From assembly GCA_964016885.1 (NCBI GenBank), contig OZ024758.1, positions 23,250,001-23,314,000 of the forward strand: a DNA stretch of 64,000 bases. Direction: 5' to 3'. The DNA comes from Eledone cirrhosa (lineage: Eukaryota). Position numbers and translations under genes: made by a program. Shown here in pieces: positions 12,770-24,879 of the stretch (within the stretch, counting starts at the first letter, position 1; each line of letters opens with the position of its first letter). Under the pieces are notes generated by a model. That model saw only the letters and a program-made list of their open reading frames with translations. It was not told the DNA's origin and ran no database searches.

Positions 12770-13173
12770 GGTAAACAGAAATAACAAAACAAACAGCACA
12801 GTACAGGGAAGAAATATATTAGTTTAATGCTTGAAATAGCAGGAAGAGAGTCTCAAAGTTTCAGACACTAGTCCTTCATCAGAAGATATAGTTAGAAATA
12901 TAAGATAAATAGAAAGTAAAGAGTGGTGAGGGGAAGGAATAGGAGAAATGAGAAGAAAAAAATTGGGGAGAAAAAAAACACACGTACATATTCAGTCGGC
13001 CATTTTCCAATTCCACCCCACCCGTCCCTTCAACCTATCTAATTTCTCATTCTTTCTTCTGAAGAAAGACTAGCGTCCGAAACTTTAAGACCCTCTTCCT
13101 GGTATTTCAAGTGTTAACCTAATATTATCCTTCCATATACTGTACCGATTGTTATTTCTGTTTACCTTTTACA
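12763..13173. mobile_element. Diverged fold-back element with ~120-bp arms, each with a degenerate HHR motif (12851-12886 -, 13055-13090 +); related pieces at ~27489-27572 and ~28578-28613
   Basis: Inverted ends tgtaaaaggtaaacagaaataac / gttatttctgtttaccttttaca. Motif tctt-CTGA(T/A)GA-a(g/a)gactag..tc(t/c)-GAAAc. Confidence 0.65.
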
Positions 13174-13560
13174 TACATACATATTATAGAGAGAGAGGGA
13201 GAGAGAGAGATAAGGCTTCTTTGAACCTGGGATAAACATATATCATCATTCATCATCATTTCATTTTACGTCCGCTTTTCCCTGCTTGCAAGGGTGGGAC
13301 GGGAACCGATTCTGGCTTGATTTCTACAGCTGGATGCCCTTCCTAACACCAACCTCATTTACAGTGAGTGCTGGGTGCTTTTTTGCCGTGGCACCTCCAC
13401 GACCACTTTGCAGTGGAATGATAGGGACCCCAGACCCTATCATCTCATTTCTACAGCTGAGTAAACTGGAGCAATGTGAAATGAAGTGTCTTGCTCAAGG
13501 AAACAACACATCACCCGGTCTGAGAATTGAACTCACAAGCTTTCGATTGCAAGGCCAATG

Positions 13561-13622
<62 letters not shown>

Positions 13623-14208
13623 ATAGCAAGTGTTTAGAGCAGTCAGTCTGTAGACGAGTTATGTATAATCAGTTACAACAGTGACATATCCAGGCACTTA
13701 TTTTTCGTTGGGTTGCCTCCCATCTTATCAGACATTTTGTCAGAGCTTGTACCTCTTAGGAGCATTTTCTAGGTGCAAGTCATTCATGATCGAACGGTAT
13801 CTTTTATATATCATCATTTCATTCATCATCATTTCATTTTACGTCCGCTTTTTCCCTGCGTGCAAGGGTGGGACGGGAACTGATTCTGGCTTGATTTCTA
13901 CAGCTGGATGCCCTTCCTAACACCAACCTCATTTACAGTGAGTGCTGGGTGCTTTTTGCCGTGGCACCTCCACGACCACTTTGCAGTGGAATGATAGGGA
14001 CCCCAGTCCCTATCATCTCATTTCTATAGCTGAGTAAACTGGAGCAATGTGAAATAAAGTGTCTTGCTCAAGGAAACAACACATCACCCGGTCTGAGAAT
14101 TGAACTCACAACCTTTCGATTACAAGGCCAATGCTCTAACCACTAAGCCATGTGCCTCCATATATGTATATATATATGTGTGTGTGTGTAAATATATTAC
14201 CCACATAC

Positions 14209-14278
14209 CTGTAACAACAGTTATATTACAATTTGATGCGGTTGCCTCTTCCAAAGCTTTGACGATTTCCAAATACAT
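14209..14278 (-). CDS. ECI2: ECI2 exon 5 (MYLEIVKALEEATASNCNITVVTG)
   Basis: tatag| and G|gtatgt, 70 nt. Phase is consistent with its neighbours. Confidence 0.92.
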
Positions 14279-14359
14279 CTATAAATTTGATAGAAAAAAA
14301 GGGAAAATTTAATAAAGTTATTATAAAATCTAAAAATTTCAAATATCATTTTAACCTCT

Positions 14360-15742
14360 TCAGTGCCATAGACGAGATAACTTGTCCTAACATGTATATA
14401 TACCAGTGCCACAGACGAGATAACTTGTCCTAACATGTATATATACCAGTGCCACAGACGAGATAACTTGTCCTAACATGTATGTATACCAGTGCCACAG
14501 ACGAGATAACATGTCCTAACATGTATACCAGTACCACTAATGAGATAACTTGTCCTAACATGTATATATACCAGTACCACAGACAAGATAACTCGTCCTA
14601 ACATGTATGTATACCAGTACCACAGACAAGATAACTCGTCCTAACATGTATATATACCAGTACCACTAATGAGATAACTCGTCCTAACATGTATATATAC
14701 CAGTACCACTAATGAGATAACTCGTCCTAACATGTATGTATACCAGTACCACTAATGAGATAACTCGTCCTAACATGTATGTATACCAGTACCACAGACA
14801 AGATAACTCTGTATATATACCAGTGCCACAGACGAGATAACTTGTCCTAACATGTATGTATACCAGTGCCACAGACGAGATAACATGTCCTAACATGTAT
14901 ACCAGTACCACTAATGAGATAACTCGTCCTAACATGTATATATACCAGTACCACAGACAAGATAACTCGTCCTAACATGTATGTATACCAGTACCACAGA
15001 CAAGATAACTCGTCCTAACATGTATATATACCAGTGCCACAGACGAGATAACTTGTCCTAACATGTATGTATACCAGTGCCACAGACGAGATAACATGTC
15101 CTAACATGTATACCAGTACCACTAATGAGATAACTCGTCCTAACATGTATATATACCAGTACCACAGACAAGATAACTCGTCCTAACATGTATGTATACC
15201 AGTACCACAGACAAGATAACTCGTCCTAACATGTATATATACCAGTGCCACAGACGATATAACTTGTCCTAACATGTATGTATACCAGTGCCACAGACGA
15301 GATAACATGTCCTAACATGTATACCAGTACCACTAATGAGATAACTCGTCCTAACATGTATATATACCAGTACCACAGACAAGATAACTCGTCCTAACAT
15401 GTATGTATACCAGTACCACAGACAAGATAACTCGTCCTAACATGTATATATACCAGTACCACTAATGAGATAACTCGTCCTAACATGTATATATACCAGT
15501 GCCACAGACAAGATAACTGGTCCTAACATGTATGCATACCAGTACCACAGATGAGACATGTCCTAACATGTATGTATACCAGTACCACTAATGAGATAAC
15601 TCGTCCTAACATGTATGTATACCAGTACCACTAATGAGATAACTCGTCCTAACATGTATATATACCAGTACCACAGACAAGATAACTTGTCCTAACATGT
15701 ATGTATACCAGTACCACAGACAAGATAACTCATCCTAACATG
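14360..15742. repeat. ~43-bp minisatellite (~32 units)
   Basis: ccagt(a/g)ccacagac(a/g)agataactcgtcctaacatgtat(a/g)tata. Confidence 0.95.
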
Positions 15743-16364
15743 TTTGAACTCGTTTCCAACAGTTCATAACTTTAAAGTTAGATGGGGTTACTAGTTTAAC
15801 CCTTTAATGTTCAAACCGGCAAAATCGGCCAGAATTCTCTACCTTTTTCTATTGAAACTGGCTGTAACTGGCCACTCATACTGATGTTAAGGTATTGTTA
15901 TCAAAATAAATACTTTCAAAATCTCATAGATTCGATATTATGTGAGATAATTATGCAAGGTAAAGCATTTACCATGAAAATATAATAGTATATATAGAGT
16001 AATATGAATGCTAAAGGGTTAATGATGTGATGTTTGTCAATCAAAATAGTCATTTTACTGAATAAAAACTCAACACAGCAACTGTAGCTGTGTAAAATAT
16101 ACATGGCAGTCAACAGGTTAAATTGAATTTTTTTTTAATTACCTTCCTTAAAAAAATAATCAAACGATATATAAAAAAATGATATCTGATCAAATATTTT
16201 CTAAACTCTGTTTAGAGCTCAGCTCATCAGGCCGGTGTTTATCCCAGTTTCCATGGCATTAAGAGACAGAGTACAAAACTCCCCACTGGACAGGATGCTA
16301 TTCCATCATAGGGTTAAACTCCCAGCTATTGCAGGTACTCATTTTCAGCTGAGTATACTGGACC

Positions 16365-17720
16365 ACTACCACCACCACCACTACTACTCTCCAATAATAT
16401 ACAAATTACCACCACCACCATCACTACCATCATCACTACCACCACCACCATCATCACTACCACCACCATCACTACCACCACCACCACTACCTCTCCAATA
16501 ATACACAGACCACCACCAACACCACTGCCACCACTCTCCAATAATACAGACCACCACCACTACCACCACCCTCCAATAATACAGACCACCACCACTACCA
16601 CCACCACCATCACTACCACCACCATTACCACTACCACCACCATTACCACCACCACCATCACCACTACCACCATTACCACTACCATTACCACCACCATCAC
16701 CACCACTACCACCATCACCACTACCACTACCACCACCATCACCACCACCATCACCACTACCACCACCACCATCACTACCACCACCATTACCACTACCACC
16801 ACCATTACCACCACCACCACCATCACCACTACCACCATTACCACTACCATTACCACCACCACCACCACCATCACCACTACCACTACCACCATTACCACCA
16901 CCACCACCATCACCACTACCACTACCACCATCACCACTACCATCACCACCACCATCACCACTAGCACTAGCACCACCATCACCACCACCATCACCACTAG
17001 CACTAGCACCACCATCACCACTACCACTACCACCATCACCACTACCATCACCACCACCATCACCACTACCACTACCACCACCACCACCACCACTAGCACT
17101 AGCACCACCATCACCACTACCACTACCACCATCACCACTACCACTACCACCACCATCACCACCACCATCACCACTAGCACTAGCACCACCATCACCACTA
17201 CCACTACCACCATCACCACTACCATCACCACCACCATCACCACTACCACTACCACCACCACCACCACCACTAGCACTAGCACCACCATCACCACTACCAC
17301 TACCACCATCACCACTACCACTACCACCACCATCACCACCACCATCACCACTAGCACTAGCACCACCATCACCACTACCACCATCACCACTACCACTACC
17401 ACCACCACCACCATCACCACTAGCACTAGCACCACCATCACCACTACCACTACCACCATCACCACTACCACTACCACCACCATCACCACCACCATCACCA
17501 CTAGCACTAGCACCACCATCACCACTACCACTACCACCATCACCACTACCACTACCACCACCATCACCATCACCACTAGCACTAGCACCACCATCACCAC
17601 TACCACTACCACCATCACCACTACCACTACCACCACCATCACCACCACCATCACCACTACCACTACCACCATCACCACTACCATCACCACCACCATCACC
17701 ATCACCACTAGCACCACCAT
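16365..17720. repeat. (ACC/ACT/ATC)n triplet microsatellite with higher-order units
   Basis: Direct reading; it gives the spurious poly-V/M ORF. Confidence 0.95.
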
Positions 17721-17806
17721 CAATGGATTATGTCTCATTTACATTAGGAAGATTGGTTGTCCACAGAAGTGGAGGCCGATACAACATAGAAAGGGGACAT
17801 ACTCAC

Positions 17807-17986
17807 GTCAGTTGTTATCGCATTCTTTTTAGCTGGACGATTAAGGGTTATTTTGAAAATAGAGTCTTTCTGCTCGATAAGGAGAAATTTGTAATTGCTC
17901 AGAGAGCCCGACTCTTCTGCTTTTGTTGGGGCCTCAGCTGCAACTAATTCTTCTACAGTTTTGATGTAATCAAGTTGAGCTTGATC
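17807..17986 (-). CDS. ECI2: ECI2 exon 4 (DQAQLDYIKTVEEL...IFKITLNRPAKKNAITTD)
   Basis: tttag| and |gtgagt, 180 nt. End of ACBP and the crotonase-family ITLNRP.KKNA motif. Confidence 0.95.
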
Positions 17987-18477
17987 CTAAATTAGAAGAA
18001 AAGTATAATTACTTGACAAAACACAAAAGTTGATATTATGTCAATTTGACATGCCAAATTGACATAATGTCAAATTTGGCATGTCAAATCGGCATAATGA
18101 CAATTTGACGTGTCAAAATTGACATGTCAAATTTGACATGTCAAATTGACAATGACAATTTGACATGTCAAATTGACATTATGACATTACAATGGTGTTG
18201 GATATATTATTAAGGTGTGTATATGAATTGGCAGTATTGGGAGAGAGTCGGACGCCATGCTTTGCAGCATAGTTATGTCTCTTTACAGTCTGAGTTCAAA
18301 TCCTGCCGAGCTTAACTTTGCCTTTCATCCTTACGGGGGTCGATAAAACAAAGTACCAGTAATGTACTGGGTAATTGCTGGCCTTGTGCCAAAAGTAGAA
18401 ACAATTATTAAGGTGTGTATAATAATTATTTTTAGTTCTTGTATATCATCTTAGTGAATGAAGTGAGTGAGTAGCTA

Positions 18478-18618
18478 CACAGACACACACTTGCACACAC
18501 ACACACATAAACACACTCACACCCATGTACACAGACATGTACACAGACACATGTATATATACATATACACACACACATATACACACCCATGTACACAGAC
18601 ACATGTACACAGACACAC

Positions 18619-18659
<41 letters not shown>

Positions 18660-18736
18660 TACACACCCATGTACAGACACATGTACACAGACACATATAT
18701 ACACACACACACACACATACACACCCATGCACACAG

Positions 18737-18791
<55 letters not shown>

Positions 18792-18918
18792 TATACACAC
18801 CCATGTACACAGACACACATATATATATATATATATACACACACACATACACACCCATGTACACAGACATATATATATATACACACACACACACACATAT
18901 ACACACCCATGTACACAG

Positions 18919-18957
<39 letters not shown>

Positions 18958-19082
18958 TATACACACCCATGTACAGACATGTATATACACACACACACAC
19001 ACATATATACACAGACATCTACACAGACACATGTATACACACACACACACACACACACATGTACACAGACACACACACACAC
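18478..19082. repeat. Compound (CA)n/(TA)n microsatellite with a recurring acacccatgtacacagac unit
   Basis: Direct reading. Confidence 0.95.
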
Positions 19083-19542
19083 AACTAACTAAATCCTTCA
19101 TCTTTTATGATGATGAGTATTTCAGTTGTTTGATCTTTACTCAACAGAAGTACCTACTCACCATAATGGTGTGTAAGTGATATATTCACAACAGACATAT
19201 GCACCATTAACATAAGCTTCAGGCATGACCCAGTGTATGACAAAGTTGGCTCCATTGAATTACTGGTACAGTCTATCGGACAGGCTTCTTTGCAGTTTCT
19301 GTCTATCCAATTTTATTCACAAAGCTTGGATCAACCTAAGGCTATTGTAGAAGACACCTATCTAAGGTGTTCAGTGGTGGTGTTGATAAAGCAAATTTCT
19401 TAACCATTCAGCCATGACACATAAACATGTACACAAATACATAAACCAGATTATATTTACATTAAATATTTGTGGGGGAAGAGGTTCAACTTATACAAAT
19501 ATTTACATTATATATACAGACTTATACACAAATATTTACATT

Positions 19543-21035
19543 TATAGCCATGTATAAAGAAACAGTCAGCAAGGTTAGAATTAACAACAAATATAGTGAA
19601 GAGTTTAGCGTAAAAGTTGGCGCCCATCAGGGCTCTGTTCTCAGCCCCCTACTATTTATTATTGCCCTTCAAGCTATAACAGAGGAGTTCAAGACAGGCT
19701 GCCCATGGGAACTCCTATACGCAGACGACCTGACACTCATAGCGGAATCAATGGCCGAGCTAGAGAAGAAATTCCAAACATGGAAGCACGGCCTAGAGTC
19801 ATTAAAATTAACCTGGCTAAGACCAAAGTTCTAGTTTGTAGGAAAGAAAACAAGGCGGCGGTCCCTTCTGGGAAATGGTCGTGCTCGGTGTGTAGGAAAG
19901 GCGTAGGTAGAAACTCCATTTTATGTCCTAAATGCAAAGTATGGGTGCATAAAAGATGTAGTGGGATCACAGGTAAGCTAACTAAGAACATAGATTTTAC
20001 ATGTGGCCGGTGTTCTGGTGCAATAAGTAGCAGCAAGTGCCCACAAATACTAGCTCTTTCAATTGCGCAGAGGGTTCTATAGAAATAGTGGACAGCTTCC
20101 GTTACCTGGGCGATAAAATCAGCAGTGGGGGAGGGTGCTCTGAAAGTACTGTAGCTAGAGTCAGAACTGGTTGGAAAAAGTTCAGAGAGCTTATACCACT
20201 ATTAGCTGCTAAAGGGTTCTCCCTAAAAATGAAAGGCAGGTTGTACGATGCCTGCATACGAACAGCAATGTTGCATGGCAGTGAGACCTGGGCATTGTGT
20301 GCAGAGGATATACGCAGACTAGAGAGGAACGAAGCTTGCATGCTCCGCTGGATGTGTAACAGTAATATACGTGAACGGCAAAGCATAAACGAACTAAGGA
20401 AAAAATTAGAGATAAGAGGGATCAGATGTTGTTTACTCGAGAGAAGGCTACGTTGGTATGGACACGTGATGCGCATGAAAGTCGATAGCTGTATAACAAA
20501 GTGCAGGGCAATAAAGATAGACGGTAGTCACGGAATAGGCAGACCTAGAAAAACCTGGGACGAGCTGATAAACTCCGACCTCACACACTTACACCTCTCC
20601 AAGACAATGTCACTGGACCGAGACCTTTGGCGGTACTCAGTAACAGAGAAGACCCGCCTTGCCAGTAGGCATCTCTAACAAAATACACCCCGTCCCGCCA
20701 CCACCCCCACCCCATCCACACCACCCCGTTCTATGTAAAGTTATGTTGGTGCCGCGCCATCCAGGTCGAAACAAATGAGATCGTGTAGGTGTCACAACAA
20801 AAAAACACACAGTCCACGCTGTAATGTGGCCGTGTAGGCAACACGGTAAAAACCTCCCAGACCCACACTGTAAATGTGGTTGGTGTTAGGAAGGGCATCC
20901 AACTGTAGAAAACCTGCCAGACAGTCCTATGCGAGCAAGACAATCACTCTTGCCTCAAGTGGGACTACCCCCGTCCAAACCCATGCAAGCGTGGAACACG
21001 GACGTTAAACGTTGATGATGATGATGATGATGATG
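19543..21035 (+). mobile_element. 5'-truncated, frameshifted RTE-clade LINE with a PHD-like Cys/His cluster and (GAT)n tail
   Basis: HQGSVLSPLLF, YADDL, CSVC..C..C..HKRC..C..C, FRYLG, MLHGSETW, RRLRWYGHV, GRPRKTW spread over three frames. Confidence 0.93.
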
Positions 21036-21510
21036 ATATTTGTGGGGAAAAGGGGCGACTTATACACGAATATATACATTTATATTTGTAGGGAAAAGGT
21101 GCAATTTATACACAAATATTTACATTATATATACAGACTTATACACGAATATTTACAATACATAATTGTGGGGGAAAAGGGGCGACTTATACACGAATAT
21201 TTATATCATATTTGTGGGAAAAAGGTGTAATTTAATCACAAATATTTAGTCAATTAATTAATGCAGAATTTTTAAGGATTTACGAAAATGATTAATTATT
21301 TCGTTCATAATATAACAACTTAAAACATGGTTCTTGTATAATACCATATTGAAGGATATAAATTTATATAGGAATTGCATGAAATGGGTGGTTTTCTTTC
21401 CTAGAACCAGGACCAGTTTTGGCTGGGTTGGTATCAAAAGGGTCAAGATTATTATGTGACTGTAACCACATGTATTGAATTCAATAATTTGTTGTTTGAT
21501 AATTACATAC

Positions 21511-21609
21511 CATTGTCATTCCTTTCATCTTATTCCAGGCATCATACTTAGCTTTCCCAACAAAATCAACCATACTAGGTTTTTTGGTATTACAGTCTCC
21601 TATTGAAGC
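21511..21609 (-). CDS. ECI2: ECI2 exon 3 ([33 protein letters not shown])
   Basis: tttttcag| and |gtatgt, 99 nt. ACBP motif [12 protein letters not shown]. Confidence 0.95.
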
Positions 21610-21612
21610 CTG

Positions 21613-22008
21613 AAAAAGACATGAGATTGAAAAATAGACCAACAATAGTACTGAGAACAAATACAGTTATAAAGAAACCCTAGAGCAGAGAAAAAAGACA
21701 TGAGATTGAAAAATAGACCGACAATAATACTGAGAACAAATACAGTTATAAAGAAACCCTAGAGCAGAGAAAAAAGACATGAGATTGAAAAATAGACCGA
21801 CAATAGTACTGAGAACAAATACAGTTATAAAGAAACCCTAGAGCAGAGAAAAAAGACATGAGATTGAAAAATAGACCAACAATAGTACTGAGAACAAATA
21901 CAGTTATAAAGAAACCCTAGAGCAGAGAAAAAAGACATGAGATTGAAAAATAGACCAACAATAGTACTGAGAACAAATACAGTTATAAAGAAACCCTAGA
22001 GCAGAGAA
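21613..22008. repeat. 79-bp tandem repeat (5 units) abutting the ECI2 exon 3 acceptor
   Basis: aaaaagacatgagattgaaaaatagacc..gaaaccctagagcagag, period 79. Confidence 0.95.
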
Positions 22009-24094
22009 TAACAACAGAATACACCACATTATTGCTGGGCGGTGGATTGGCAGTATCGTGGATTGGCAGCATAGTTACGTCCCTTTACGATCTGAGTTCA
22101 AATCCCGCCGAGGTTGACTTTGCCTTTCATCCTTATGGGGTCGATAAAATAAAGTACCAGTAATGCACTGGGTAATTGCTGGCCTTGTGCCTAAAGTAGA
22201 AACAATTATTGCTGGATTGGAAGTATCGGTAGAGATTCGGACGCCATGCTTTGCAGCATAGAGTTATGGCCCTTTATGGTCTAAACACAAATCCCGCCAA
22301 GGTTAACTTTTCCTTTCGTCCTTACAGGGTAAATAAAGTACCAGTAAGGTACTAGGATAATTGCTGGCCTTGTACCAAAAGTAGAAACAGTTATTGCTGA
22401 CCATGTTTTACATTAGTTATATTCTTTTAGTTTAACCCTTTAGCATTTACATTACTCTATATATACTATTGTATTTTCATGGTAAAGGCTTTATCTCACA
22501 TAACATTTACATTACTCTATATATACTATTGTATTTTCATGGTAATGGCTTTACTTCACATAATTATCTCACATAGCATTTACATTACTCTATATATACT
22601 ATTGTATTTTCATGGTAATGGCTTTACCTCACATAATTATCTCACATAGCATTTACATTACTCTATATATACTATTGTATTTTCATGGTAATGGCTTTAC
22701 TTCACATAATTATCTCACATAGCATTTACATTACTCTATATATACTATTGTATTTTCATGGTAATGGCTTTACCTCACATAATTATCTCACATAGCATTT
22801 ACATTACTCTATATATACTATTGTATTTTCATGGTAATGGCTTTACTTCACATAATTATCTCACATAGCATTTACATTACTCTATATATACTATTGTATT
22901 TTCATGGTAATGGCTTTACTTCACATAATTATCTCACATAGCATTTACATTACTCTATATATACTATTATATTTTCATGGTAATGGCTTTACCACACATA
23001 ATTATCTCACATAGCATTTACATTACTCTATATATACTATTGTATTTTCATGGTAATGGCTTTACCACACATAATTATCTCACATAGCATTTACATTACT
23101 CTATATATACTATTGTATTTTCATGGTAATGGCTTTACCACACATAATTATCTCACATAATACTGAATCTATAAGATTTTGATATTTATTTTGAGAACAA
23201 TACATCAGTATAAGCAGCCATTTACAGCGAGTTTGGACAGAAAGAGGTGAGAGAATTCTGGCCGGATACAGCCAGTTTAAATGCTAAAGGGTTAATGGAT
23301 GCGAGTCATGGACCCTAACTGCTGAATTACAAAGAAAGATCCAAGCAGTGGAGATGAGAAGCTTTAGGAGAATCCTAGGAATCTCCTACGCAGAGCATAT
23401 CACAAAGAAGGAAATCCACAAAAGTGAAAAACCACGAATATTTTAACATGGTCCATAAAAATGCCTTACAAACATGAAAATATCATAACATAAAATATAA
23501 TGAAAAAAGAGGGAGCATCTTATGTGAAGGGGCGTCCTATAGGCCAGCAAATACGGTATATTGTTATTAATAAGTTAGCGTTAAAAAATATATATATATT
23601 GCGACGAAAAAAGCCATTAAAAAATCGAGGAAGATATTTATGATCCCACGAATATGCGGTGGTTTCGACAAACAATTATTAGTTAGGTTCTAAGGAAAAA
23701 TCCACGAATAACCAGAACCGTGAATGCCAGAAACAAATTCCTGGGGTACACTTTATATATATATTTATAAGGAAATATACTTTCTTTCAATTAATTAATG
23801 CAGAATTTTGAAGGATTTACTCAAATGATTAATTATTAAAACAAACTAGTTAGATAAAAGATAAGAATAGCGCTTATTTATGTACCTTCTACCTCTTAAC
23901 TGTAATGCTTTAATCAATCAATAAGTGTTACTGATATTATGTAAATCCAGCCAAGATTAACTTTGCCTTTCATCCTTACGGAGTCGATAAAATAAAGTAC
24001 CAGTAATGCACTGGGATATTCGCTGGCCTTGTGCCAAAAGTAGAAACAATTATGTGTGTTCTCAATTGATTGTATTTATTAAAATAACACTTAC

Positions 24095-24245
24095 CTGCTT
24101 AAACAAAGCATATAATTGTAATTTGACCAAGTTACCAGGGTCTTCTTTTAATGTTCCCAATTTCTCTTTGGCAGAGTTGAATTCTGCATCATGAGAACCC
24201 ATTGCAAGTAAACTGGTATGAAACCTTTGCCGCTGTATATGCGAA
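24095..24245 (-). CDS. ECI2: ECI2 exon 2, start of ACBP domain (SHIQRQRFHTSLLAMGSHDAEFNSAKEKLGTLKEDPGNLVKLQLYALFKQ)
   Basis: tttag| acceptor and CAG|gtaagt donor, 151 nt. KLQLYALFKQ is the ACBP signature. Confidence 0.93.
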
Positions 24246-24879
24246 CTAAAAATAATTGAAAAGAAAAGAAATTTTATAGATAAAACTAGGCCACTTTTTC
24301 ATACTTACAATTAAGCATGTCCTTTGCTGAGGGAATTGTATTTATAACCCCAATAAATAGAAGTGAAGACTTTAACTTCACAAATCAGGTAAACAAGAAG
24401 TAGACTTTGAAATAGCTTTTATAAGATTCATATATATTTAAAATTTAGTAAAAATAGAAGCTTTTGCCATATTTTGACTAAAGAAATTAGCCTGATAGTG
24501 GGGTTTAAAACCCTCTAAATGGAAAAGGATGAGTATTGATATACATGTACGTCAATATTCATCCTTTTCCACTTAGAGGGTTTTAAACCCCACTATCAGG
24601 CTAATTTCTTTAGTCAAAATACGGTGAAAGCTATTTCTACTAAATTTCAATATTCACTTGCTGTCTTCGAAACAAAACGCTTGCTTTGTCATATATATTT
24701 AAGATTAATCATGTAGCACAGTGTGTCATGATTGGTATTGTGATATGACAGTGTGTTAGAGGTAGAACTTTTCAGTTTCAGCTAACATAACTGGATGGCA
24801 GATCTCTGCAGAAAATGGGTTGAGTGCATAAGTTTCTTTTGCTAATACATAGCTTCTCTAACATCAGATCATTTGTATT

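Noticed and set aside
16560-17738. 392-aa Val/Met ORF
   Set aside because: Translation of an (ACC/ATC/ACT)n microsatellite in an ECI2 intron.
18432-19180. Several overlapping 170-240-aa ORFs
   Set aside because: (CA)/(TA) dinucleotide repeats lack stop codons; not coding.
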